From assembly GCA_035277665.1 (NCBI GenBank), contig DATEKC010000148.1, forward strand, positions 3,164-67,163: a DNA stretch of 64,000 nucleotides, read 5' to 3'. The DNA is from Terriglobia bacterium (lineage in GTDB: Bacteria > Acidobacteriota > Terriglobia > UBA7540). Both the position numbers and the translations under genes were made by a program. Shown piece by piece: positions 38,415 through 46,930 of this stretch; position 1 is the first letter of the stretch, and each line of letters begins with the position of its first letter. The notes beneath the pieces were generated by a model that had not been told where the DNA came from, ran no database searches, and saw only the letters and a program-made list of their open reading frames with translations.

Positions 38415-39131
38415 ATGCGATCGCCATACGGATTAGAGCTGGTTGAAGACTGCCGCACCTGCTCGAGCAAGGCCGACGGGTTCTTCTGTGACCTTTCTCC
38501 CGAAGGGCTGAAAGCATTCGAGGCGATCAAGTACACAACTGCCTACCCGTCGGGCGCGGTACTTTTCGTAGAAGGACAATCCGCCCAGGGGGTCTTTCTG
38601 CTCTGCAAGGGCCGGGTGAAGCTCTCGATGACCTCCAGCGAGGGCAAGACGCTGATTTTGAGAATTGTGAAGCCGGGAGAAATCCTGGGCTTGCACGCCA
38701 CGGTCTCTGACACTGCATTTCAGGCCACCGCTGAAACTCTTGAGCCCTGCCAGGTAAACTTTATCAAGCGGGACGACTTCCTGCGGTTACTCCGTGACCA
38801 TGGAGACGCCTCCATTCACGCCGCGGAGCAACTGAGTGGCAGCTATCAGACGGCGTGCGAGCAGGTACGGTCATTGGGGCTTTCACAGTCAGCGCCGGAA
38901 AAGCTGGCGCGCTTTCTGCTGGAATGGTCGGCGAAAGGGCAGACTTCCAAGCAGGGGATCCGGGTGAAGCTCACACTGACTCACGAGGAGATCGGGCAGA
39001 TTATTGGTACCTCACGGGAGACCGTGACGCGCACACTCGGCGAATTTAAGTCCAAGCACCTTGCCGAGCTTAAAGGTTCCACTCTGGTCATTCAAAATAA
39101 GGCCGCTCTTGAAGCCTTCCTGGGCGGCTAA
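38415..39131 (+). CDS. Crp/Fnr-family transcription factor
   Basis: GGAGGG RBS and ATG 38415, 4 nt after the STAS stop. cNMP-binding beta-roll (GAVLFVEGQSAQGVFLLCKGRVKL). HTH LTHEEIGQIIGTSRETVTRTLGEFK. N-terminal C-x2-C-x8-C cluster. Confidence 0.88.
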   Translation: MRSPYGLELVEDCRTCSSKADGFFCDLSPEGLKAFEAIKYTTAYPSGAVLFVEGQSAQGVFLLCKGRVKLSMTSSEGKTLILRIVKPGEILGLHATVSDTAFQATAETLEPCQVNFIKRDDFLRLLRDHGDASIHAAEQLSGSYQTACEQVRSLGLSQSAPEKLARFLLEWSAKGQTSKQGIRVKLTLTHEEIGQIIGTSRETVTRTLGEFKSKHLAELKGSTLVIQNKAALEAFLGG

Positions 39132-39346
39132 CCCCCGCAGGCACAACCACATACATCCTGCGGGCGCCAGGGCGGAAACGCCGGCGCCAGCGGTAAGCGT
39201 CCCAACCTGCGATTCACGACCTCGAACGACCCGCCGAAGTAGCCAGGCGAAACGGCAGAAGCCAAGCGTGAACCTCGTCACAATCATGAGTGATGTGGCT
39301 CACTGCGAGGGTTGAATCCCCTATGTAGAGTATACCTAACATACCG

Positions 39347-39418
39347 CCCGGGAATCCGCCCCAGCGGCCGACGGTTTGCCCCACACGCGCCGTTCGATTC
39401 CCGGGCCTACTTTTTTTT
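39347..39418 (+). terminator. Large hairpin followed by T8 (terminator or 3' end of an unannotated RNA)
   Basis: CCCGGGAATC (39347-39356) pairs with GATTCCCGGG (39396-39405). After 5 nt comes TTTTTTTT (39411-39418). The 39-nt loop is atypically long. Confidence 0.35.
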
Positions 39419-39849
39419 ATCACTCGTTCAATCCTCAGCGCGGTTCCGTGGTGGCTCATGCTGGTCTTGTGGTGCTTGGCCTCAGTCCGGAACGGCTCCA
39501 AAATGCCAGCCTGAAGTTAAGCGCTGCGGCAAGCTGAGCCGTTGTCCAGCGTCCAAGCTCGACTTCTGTTCAACACCTGCGCACCCATTCACCGGAGGCG
39601 CACCTGTCCCGGTTTCGCACTCGATCGTGCGCAGCAGGAAAGCCGACTCCAAAATAGAATTTCAGTATCGCGACGTGTACTTGATGCCAGCCCATTCATG
39701 CAAGACAAGCATGGCCATTCCTCCACGATACTGATTCGGCTGGATCGCAATCACAACGGCTTGTGAATAGAGGCACTAGGCAAGGTGACAGTCATCACTG
39801 CCTGCATCAGTTGATCCTTATAAACTCACCACAGGTTAAGGGCAGAGCC

Positions 39850-40323
39850 ATGAAAGGAATTCAGCAGCCAGTTATCGGAACTCCCAAGCCAGGCAAGCTC
39901 AGGAATCCCCTGCCGCCTGTGGCCCTCACGGCATTGAGGTCCATTCAGACAACAAAAGTTTTCCCCAAAGGACACGAGTTTTTCCTGGAGGGACAATCGC
40001 CGCAGGGCATCTACATCCTTTACTCTGGCCGGGTGGAACTTTCCGTAACGGACGCATATGGGCGGCAAATGGTGCTGGGTGCAGCGCTGCCGGGCGATGT
40101 TCTGGGGCTGAGCGCAGCGCTGTCAGGGAAATACTACGAGGAAAATGCCGTTGCAACTGTCCCCTGCCAGACGGGCTTCGTCAAGTGCCCGGAATTTCTC
40201 AAGTTCCTGGGCCATCATCCCGAGGCTGCCTTCTGGGTTGTCCAGCTTTTGAGCGACCGCGTAACCACCACTCTCGACCAGCTCTCCTGCATCCATCGCC
40301 TGCCGCTGAAGGCCCTCCATTAA
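39850..40323 (+). CDS. Stand-alone cyclic-nucleotide-binding domain protein (Crp-like, no HTH)
   Basis: The beta-roll motif HEFFLEGQSPQGIYILYSGRVEL and dimerisation helix are present. The ORF stops right after the C-helix. Only 43 nt remain before the convergent cydB stop. Confidence 0.7.
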   Translation: MKGIQQPVIGTPKPGKLRNPLPPVALTALRSIQTTKVFPKGHEFFLEGQSPQGIYILYSGRVELSVTDAYGRQMVLGAALPGDVLGLSAALSGKYYEENAVATVPCQTGFVKCPEFLKFLGHHPEAAFWVVQLLSDRVTTTLDQLSCIHRLPLKALH

Positions 40324-40366
40324 TAGCAAGGCGGGCCAGCCCCTCTGCTTTTGGATTTCGACCGTC

Positions 40367-41383
40367 TCAGTAGTGGCCTTCCTCCAGCCGTACCTTGCCG
40401 TGGAACACCCGGTGGACGTAAATGCTGTAAACAACCACGGCAATCATGCCAACTAAATTAGCAATCAGCGACACGCGAAGTGCGTGCGGCGAAGAGGCGG
40501 AATTGTAAATGTTCAGGCTGTATTGCGGGCTGACAGTGGAAGGAAGAAGGTTTGGAAACACCGTCAGGGCAGCCGTCAGCATCAGAGCAACGATGAGCAG
40601 GATGGAAGACCGGAAGGCGGCGCTGCTGCGGTCCGTCCCTCGGGACAAAAAGCCCCAAACCAGTGCAGCCAGGATAAAGAAGGGTATCACCCAGGCCGCA
40701 GGATAAACCTGAAACGTGCGCGGGCTGCCGGAAAGGACAATGAACGTGGCGATCGTAACCACGATTACCATCGCCACCACAAGCCGCCAAAGCGTCCGCG
40801 ACCACCTGACGGCCCTCTCGAACAGTGCGCCATCTGTCTTGACCCGCAGATAATTTGTCCCATGCCAGGCCAGCGCCACCACGGACAGAATGCCCGTGAG
40901 CAGCGAATAGGGGTTAAGCATCAGGCCAAAAGTTCCCTGGAAATTTCCGTCCGCGCCAATGGGCAAGCCTCGGACAACGTTCCCGAGGGCAACGCCCAGC
41001 AGCAAAGCCAGTAGGATGCTGCCCACCCAGAAACCTGCGTCCCAAAGCGCCCGCCACAAAGGATTCTGAGACTGGCTCCGGAACTCGATGGAAACGCCGC
41101 GAAGGATCAAAAGCCAGAGGACCAGCATCAGGGCCAGATAAAAACCGCTGAAGCCCACGGCATAAATCCGCGGGAATGACACCACCATCATGCCTCCCGC
41201 AGCTATCAGCCAAACTTCATTGCCGTTCCAGACGGGCCCGATAGAATTGAGGGCCAGGCGCCGCTCCTCGTCGGTATTTGCGATCCAGAGCGAGATGGAC
41301 CCAACACCCAGATCATACCCGTCCAGCACGGCGTAAGCTGTCAACATCGCTCCAAGCACCCAGAACCAGATTATGTTGATCAC
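40367..41383 (-). CDS. cydB: Cytochrome bd ubiquinol oxidase subunit II
   Basis: N-terminal IWFWVLGAMLTAYAVLDGYDLGVG is the CydB signature. 8-9 TM helices. GTG start with a GGAGG RBS. Confidence 0.9.
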   Translation of the reverse strand: MINIIWFWVLGAMLTAYAVLDGYDLGVGSISLWIANTDEERRLALNSIGPVWNGNEVWLIAAGGMMVVSFPRIYAVGFSGFYLALMLVLWLLILRGVSIEFRSQSQNPLWRALWDAGFWVGSILLALLLGVALGNVVRGLPIGADGNFQGTFGLMLNPYSLLTGILSVVALAWHGTNYLRVKTDGALFERAVRWSRTLWRLVVAMVIVVTIATFIVLSGSPRTFQVYPAAWVIPFFILAALVWGFLSRGTDRSSAAFRSSILLIVALMLTAALTVFPNLLPSTVSPQYSLNIYNSASSPHALRVSLIANLVGMIAVVVYSIYVHRVFHGKVRLEEGHY

Positions 41384-41479
41384 TCCAAACCTCCATCGGC
41401 CGGTATCTGTTCTGTCTTTGCCCGGCTTCCAAAGGGATTGCGGCGGTGGTTTTGCCTTCTCCGCCCTTCAGTCGGCATG

Positions 41480-42814
41480 TTACGCATGTGCCCCCGTTTC
41501 TTTCTGCGGCCCGCGGTGGATGATGCGGGCCACCAGGAACAGGAAAAGTATGCCCAGGATGGCATAAATTCCGGCAAATCCCATCGTGGTGAAGATGGTC
41601 TCTCCGGCGGCAACATTGGCGGAGGTCCCCGCGGGCGTCTTCATCAACCCGTACACAAGCCAGGGCTGCCGGCCCACTTCAGAAACCACCCACCCGGCCT
41701 CATTGGCGATGTACGGAAAAGGGATCGTGACCATCAGCATCCACAGAAACCATCGGCTAGAGTAAAGCTTGCGCCTCCACAAAAGGAACAGGCCGATCAG
41801 CATCTGGGCAATGAAGATTGTGCCCAGCCCGACCATGATGTGATAGCAGTAGTAGGTGAGTTCGACAGGCGGCCAGAGGTCCCTCGGATAGCTGTTCAGC
41901 CCGCTGACGGTGGCGCGGAAATTGCCATAAGCCAGGAAGCTGAGAAATTCCGGAACGTAGATGGGATCAATCAGCTTGTCGGTTTCCGTGTCCGGCATCC
42001 CCACAATCGCCAGTGCCGCGCCCCGCTCGGTTTCAAACAGGCCTTCCATGGCGGCAAGCTTGGTGGGCTGGTACCGGACCACGCTTGCGCCGTTCATGTC
42101 TCCAGTGGGGAACAATTGTGTGAGCGAAAGAATCACTCCGGCCACAATCGCGGTCTTCACCGACAGCATGCCAAATTCCCTGTGGCGCTCCGAAAGAAGG
42201 TAGAACGCGCCGAGACCGCCAATCACAAAAGCGGCCGTCAGCAGCGCACCATTGATGGTGTGGGCATATTGCCAGATCGCGTAGGGATTCAGCAGCACAG
42301 CCCAGAAGGACTTCAATTGAATGGCCCCTGAAGCGTCCATCACGTACCCCACCGGGTGTTGCATCCAGGCGTTGGTGGCAACGATAAAATAGCCCGACAG
42401 CAGGGAGCCGAAGGCCACGCCGAGGCCGGAAATCCAGTGCATCGTCCTGCCCACGCGCTTCTCGCCCGCCAGAAACATTCCCAGGAATCCGGACTCCAGA
42501 AAGAACGCATAGACGCCCTCCAGGGGGAGCGTTTGGCCGAACACTCCGCCGCCGAAACTTGAGAATCGGCTCCAGTTGGTTCCGAACTCAAACTCCAGAG
42601 GAATGCCCGTCACAACTCCGATTGCAAAATTGACGGCGAAGATCTTTGCCCAGAATTGCGCGGCGCCGGCATAGCGTTCGTCTTTTGTCCAAATGTGCAG
42701 CGTTGAAAAAAGGGCGATGAAAAAACCCAGCCCCATGGTGAGAATGGGGAAAAGGTAGTGGAACATCACCGTGAATGCGAACTGAATGCGGTGAGCAAAA
42801 ACAGCTTCGTTCAT
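41480..42814 (-). CDS. cydA: Cytochrome bd ubiquinol oxidase subunit I
   Basis: RIQFAFTVMFHYLFPILTMGL, the Q-loop region and GWVVSEVGRQPW are canonical CydA motifs. Confidence 0.95.
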   Translation of the reverse strand: MNEAVFAHRIQFAFTVMFHYLFPILTMGLGFFIALFSTLHIWTKDERYAGAAQFWAKIFAVNFAIGVVTGIPLEFEFGTNWSRFSSFGGGVFGQTLPLEGVYAFFLESGFLGMFLAGEKRVGRTMHWISGLGVAFGSLLSGYFIVATNAWMQHPVGYVMDASGAIQLKSFWAVLLNPYAIWQYAHTINGALLTAAFVIGGLGAFYLLSERHREFGMLSVKTAIVAGVILSLTQLFPTGDMNGASVVRYQPTKLAAMEGLFETERGAALAIVGMPDTETDKLIDPIYVPEFLSFLAYGNFRATVSGLNSYPRDLWPPVELTYYCYHIMVGLGTIFIAQMLIGLFLLWRRKLYSSRWFLWMLMVTIPFPYIANEAGWVVSEVGRQPWLVYGLMKTPAGTSANVAAGETIFTTMGFAGIYAILGILFLFLVARIIHRGPQKETGAHA

Positions 42815-42989
42815 AGACCCTCCCTCAAGCGGATGCGGACCACCCTGGCGGTGCCCCCCGCCACAGCATCAGGAAGAAGGCGCCGGCGCGCGGGCAGGCT
42901 GGAGGGGGGCATCCATGCGTCGCGCTATGCTCGAGAGGGTGGCGGACCGGCCAGCCACCTTGACGATTCTCCAGTCAAAAATTCGATGC

Positions 42990-44234
42990 TCAGGCTGACC
43001 GGGCAAACCTCCAGCATTCCTGCGCAATCGCCCATTCTTCACGCGCCGCCACCACCACCACCGGAATAGCGGAATCCGCACTGGCAATGTCGCAATCCAC
43101 AGGCGAGCCGCCATTCTTTTGCCGGTCAAGCTTGAGGCCAAGAAAATCCCAGCCGGAGCAGGCAGCGGCGCGCACCTCAGGCGAGTTCTCACCGATGCCG
43201 CCGGTAAAGGCCAGTGCGTCCACGCCGCCGAGCGAAGCGATCATCGCTCCAATGTATTGCCGCAAACGGTGAATGAACGTATCAAAGGCCAGGCCGGCGC
43301 GGGCGTTGCCTTTCTTGATGGCGGAGAGAATTTGCCGCATGTCGTCGGACACTCCCGACACTCCCAGCAGGCCGGATTCGCGGTTCAGGAGCTCCTCCAA
43401 CCGGTCAGCGGAATATTTTTCTTCCCTCAGCAGATGGATGAGAATTCCAGGATCGATGGTGCCGCAGCGGCTGGCCATCATCAATCCTTCGAGAGGCGTA
43501 AAGCCCATGGTCGTATCTACGCCGTGCCCATTCCGCACGGCCGCCAGCGAGCAACCGTGGCCCAGATGGCAGGTGACGATTCGCAATCGTTCAACGTCCT
43601 TGTGCAGGATCCCGGCCGCGCGCCAGGCGCAGTACTGGTGGCTGATGCCGTGAAAGCCATAACGCCGGATGCCGCGTTCGTACCAGGCGTAGGGGCCGGG
43701 ATAGATAAAAGCGTGTTTCGGAAGTGTCTGGTGAAATGCCGTGTCAAACACAGCCACCTGGGGCCGCGATTTGAAAATCCCTTCGGCGATCTCAATGCCG
43801 CTGACCTCGGCGGGATTATGCTCCGGAGCAAACGGCGACAGGCTTTTGATCTCCTGCTTCATTTCTGCCGTCACTCGCGTAGGCTCGGAATATTTCTCGC
43901 CCCCGTGGACGACGCGATGGCCCACCACGTCCACCTCTTCCGGGCCGGCAAGCACGCTCGCCGGGCCTTCCCAGAGGGTCTGCAACAGATAACCGGCGGC
44001 CGCGCTTTCCGAATCAAGGTCGGGCTGCTCGTCCATCACCTGGCGCCCTTCGCGTTTGGCCCGGAGCCGCACATTGCCGAACGGCTCTTCCCATTCCAGG
44101 CGGCCTTCCCACAAAGGAACAGGAGGCGCTTGCGGCAAGGAATCCGCCAGCTCGTAGAGGCAGCTTTTCAGGCTGCTTGAGCCCGCGTTGAGCACCAGGA
44201 CTTTCTTGCGATCTTTGATTGCTTCATGGAGCAA
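42990..44234 (-). CDS. ackA: Acetate kinase
   Basis: VLVLNAGSSSLK, VGHRVVHGG, YGFHGISH and FTGGIGENS motifs. Confidence 0.95.
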   Translation of the reverse strand: MLHEAIKDRKKVLVLNAGSSSLKSCLYELADSLPQAPPVPLWEGRLEWEEPFGNVRLRAKREGRQVMDEQPDLDSESAAAGYLLQTLWEGPASVLAGPEEVDVVGHRVVHGGEKYSEPTRVTAEMKQEIKSLSPFAPEHNPAEVSGIEIAEGIFKSRPQVAVFDTAFHQTLPKHAFIYPGPYAWYERGIRRYGFHGISHQYCAWRAAGILHKDVERLRIVTCHLGHGCSLAAVRNGHGVDTTMGFTPLEGLMMASRCGTIDPGILIHLLREEKYSADRLEELLNRESGLLGVSGVSDDMRQILSAIKKGNARAGLAFDTFIHRLRQYIGAMIASLGGVDALAFTGGIGENSPEVRAAACSGWDFLGLKLDRQKNGGSPVDCDIASADSAIPVVVVAAREEWAIAQECWRFARSA

Positions 44235-44375
44235 TTTTCGCGCCTTCCTTAATAAGGCAGGTAAAGGCCTTGGGCAACCGGTCAGACAGGTGTTGGGTTA
44301 GATACTTACAGGGCAGAATATCATCCAGCACGAGCATTCGCAACCCGAAGCGCCACCGAAGATGCCGGCCCACCC

Positions 44376-45848
44376 CTATTGAGCTGGCCCGGTGGTTCCG
44401 CCCAAACCAAGGTCCGTCAGAATCTTGGGGTTGGCCTCGCCCATCGAAAGCAGGTTGTGGCAAACACTGCAATCCTGCGTAATCATTTTGCTCGTATCGG
44501 AAGCCTCGTGCAGAGTTCCATGGCAGCGGAAGCATCCGGGGAAGTTCATGTGCCCGAGGTTGTTGGGATAAGTTCCCCAGTTGACGTTCATTTTGGGGAA
44601 AACGTTCTCCTGGTAGATGGCAGCAAGCTCCCTGGCGGCCTTGGATACTTCCGCGCGGTGCTGAGAAAGCACCTGTGGGTAATTCTGGCTGTAGTACTGG
44701 ACCAGCCCGGAAGAGATCTTTTCCGCGGCTTCGTTCTGAGTGTTGTACCTGGCCTGCAGAAGCGTCAGACCTTCCTTCTTCACAAACGGAAGCGACGGCG
44801 GAATGTCACCGCGCGCCATGGCTTCGTCCACGGCGTCGCCGGGAAGGTGAAAAATGTGGGTCGGCTGATTGTGGCAATCAATGCAATCCATCACCCGGCC
44901 GCTTGCAGGGTTGACGGTCCTGGGATTCATCTTGTCATTGACAAAGAGCGTTTTCTTGCCCGTCGTGGTGTTGACGTATTCGACCCAGTTCATTTTCTGG
45001 CGGCTCGAATCAGACCCGTACCGGATGGTAATTCCCGGCCCCACGTGAGCGCCGTGGATTCCGCCGCGGCCGTCCCCTCCGCCGATATGCATCAGCAGCA
45101 CCGTCCTGGTCATGGTATTTGCCGCGTCGTCAGCGTAGTGCGGGATGACCACCAGGCGGTTACCTTCAAACCGCGCCGGCCAGTGGCACTGCTCGCAGGT
45201 TTGCCGCGCCGGCCGCAGGTTGGAGACCGGAACGGGAATGGGGCGAGGATAGACATTGAAGATGGTTGCAAAAACCTGATAGGAGCCCGACAACTTGCTG
45301 CGCACAAACCAGGAAGCTCCCGGACCAATATGACATTCCACGCAGGCCACCCGCGCGTGGGGGGAGTGTTCGTAGGCAACATATTGCGGCTGCATGACGG
45401 TGTGGCAGGTCTTCCCGCAAAAGGTCACGCTGTCCATATAATTCACGCCGGAGTAAAGAAGCTGGGCGCCGATGATCAGGTTGACGACGGTTGTCACCCC
45501 CACGAAGAAAAGCAATTTGCGCAGTTCCGCGTTCCTGAAATCCAGGGGAGGAAAATCGGAAGGATAAATGCCGCGGTGCCGCTCACGCCGCGCGCGAAGA
45601 ACAATGCCCAAAGGGATGAGAATGAGCCCGCCGAAAAAGACCGCGGGCAGGCCCATAAAAGTCAGAATCCCGGCATAAGGATTGTCCGTAAAACCGCGCA
45701 AAGTAACAGGCAGCAACAACAACCACAGAACAGCGCCAGTGGTGACAAGCACAACCCCGATCAGGCTGAGGCAATTCCCTGAGAGATACACATACGGTGT
45801 GAGCCATTTCTTCAGTCCCTTCTCTTGATTAACCATCCGTGCTCCCAT
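44376..45848 (-). CDS. Membrane-anchored multiheme cytochrome c, NapC/NirT-related (6 CXXCH; ImcH-like architecture)
   Basis: Two to three N-terminal TM helices, then CGKTCH, CVECH, CEQCH, CIDCH, CFRCH and CSVCH. The start is ATG 45848 or 45836. Confidence 0.8.
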   Translation of the reverse strand: MGARMVNQEKGLKKWLTPYVYLSGNCLSLIGVVLVTTGAVLWLLLLPVTLRGFTDNPYAGILTFMGLPAVFFGGLILIPLGIVLRARRERHRGIYPSDFPPLDFRNAELRKLLFFVGVTTVVNLIIGAQLLYSGVNYMDSVTFCGKTCHTVMQPQYVAYEHSPHARVACVECHIGPGASWFVRSKLSGSYQVFATIFNVYPRPIPVPVSNLRPARQTCEQCHWPARFEGNRLVVIPHYADDAANTMTRTVLLMHIGGGDGRGGIHGAHVGPGITIRYGSDSSRQKMNWVEYVNTTTGKKTLFVNDKMNPRTVNPASGRVMDCIDCHNQPTHIFHLPGDAVDEAMARGDIPPSLPFVKKEGLTLLQARYNTQNEAAEKISSGLVQYYSQNYPQVLSQHRAEVSKAARELAAIYQENVFPKMNVNWGTYPNNLGHMNFPGCFRCHGTLHEASDTSKMITQDCSVCHNLLSMGEANPKILTDLGLGGTTGPAQ

Positions 45849-46087
45849 CCTCCTCAGCCTGCCTGGCTTTGCGCCCCTGTTCGCGCTCGCGCGTCACAGC
45901 ATTTCCCCCGCTTTTTGAATCGCTCCGCTAGATGGTAGGACCGGCCAGCCCTGCTGGTCAACCCACTTGCTACCAGGGGCGGGCCTGGCGGAATGCCCCA
46001 CAGGGCTCCTTGCTGATGAGGCCGCAGGAATCGCTGCATTAGGAGGATGCCCGAGGCATTTTCCTGAAGCCCCACCTCAGGCTATGC

Positions 46088-46915
46088 TCACTGGCGGAAC
46101 GAAAACAGGGTGAGCAGGAGCAGAACGAAACCCGTGGCGATAGCGGCAAAGCCCACCACCTTGCCGGCCACGACAAACCATCTCTGCGGTTGCTCTGCCC
46201 GGAGGCCCTCAAGGCTGCCCTGTGCCAGCAGGCGCTCATACTCCGCGGGGTGCTTTTCCTCCAATTCCTTCCTGGTTTGACGGCCCGTGAAAATCACCGT
46301 GTCCATCGGGAAGCTGCCGGGACGCAGGTGGGTGTTGAAAAAGTGAATCGTGAAAATGAACCAGACGGCAAGCAGGGCCTCGTCTCCATGGAGAAGCAGT
46401 GCAACGTTGAACCACGACCCCGGCAAAAGCCTCGCGACGGGTTGCGCAAACCACATGCTGTAGCCGGAGAACCCGATGATGGCCATGCCCCAGAAGACAG
46501 CCCAGTAATCGAACTTTTCCCAGTAGGCGTAGCGGTCAAATTTGGGTTTCGGCCCCAATCCCAGGAACCAGCGAAAATGGGCCCCCAGTTGCATAATATC
46601 CCTGGGTTGCGGCACAAGAGATTCAGGCCCCCAAAGCATTCCAAACCTTTTCTGGACGAAAACCAGGCGGAGAATGTTTCCCACATGAACAAGAAAGGCC
46701 GCCGTCAACAAAACGCCAAAGGCTTTGTGGAAAAAGAGGATGGCGCCAAGCCCACCCACTCCATGCGCGAAGGCCGAGGCCCACCCGGCAGAGCCGAAGC
46801 GAAGCGTCAGCCCCGTCAGTGCCAGGCCCAGAAACGAGGAGAACAGCATCCCGTGAAGCAATCGCTTGCCAGGCGAAAACCGGTAGTAGTAGCTCTGCTC
46901 CTGTCGATTTTCCAT
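46088..46915 (-). CDS. Membrane b-type cytochrome (FdnI/HydC, Ni/Fe-hydrogenase cyt b family-like)
   Basis: 275 aa, 4-5 TM helices with conserved His in helices (RLLHGM, FFHKAF, LVHVGN, LLHGDE). It lies 15 nt after the 11-heme cytochrome gene. Confidence 0.72.
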   Translation of the reverse strand: MENRQEQSYYYRFSPGKRLLHGMLFSSFLGLALTGLTLRFGSAGWASAFAHGVGGLGAILFFHKAFGVLLTAAFLVHVGNILRLVFVQKRFGMLWGPESLVPQPRDIMQLGAHFRWFLGLGPKPKFDRYAYWEKFDYWAVFWGMAIIGFSGYSMWFAQPVARLLPGSWFNVALLLHGDEALLAVWFIFTIHFFNTHLRPGSFPMDTVIFTGRQTRKELEEKHPAEYERLLAQGSLEGLRAEQPQRWFVVAGKVVGFAAIATGFVLLLLTLFSFRQ

Positions 46916-46930
46916 TTCACCTCTGCGGCG

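Noticed and set aside
39301-39335. tRNA-like T-arm (GAGGGTTGAATCCCCT), a possible tRNA or att remnant
   Set aside because: No complementary acceptor 5' strand (TCTACAT), no anticodon or D arms, and no CCA context could be built. The resemblance is limited to about 16 nt.
41384-41479. 96-nt gap between cydA and cydB, examined for a CydX-like mini-ORF
   Set aside because: The only ATG opens a hydrophilic Arg-rich frame without a TM segment. The GGAGG in the gap serves the cydB GTG start.
42940-42975. TTGAC-N10-TCAA near the ackA/cydA junction as an FNR box
   Set aside because: The spacing (10 nt) and half-sites do not fit TTGAT-N4-ATCAA.
44379-45782. 467-aa ORF on the + strand
   Set aside because: It is antisense to the 6-heme cytochrome gene, whose CXXCH motifs validate the minus frame. 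The composition is that of a shadow ORF.
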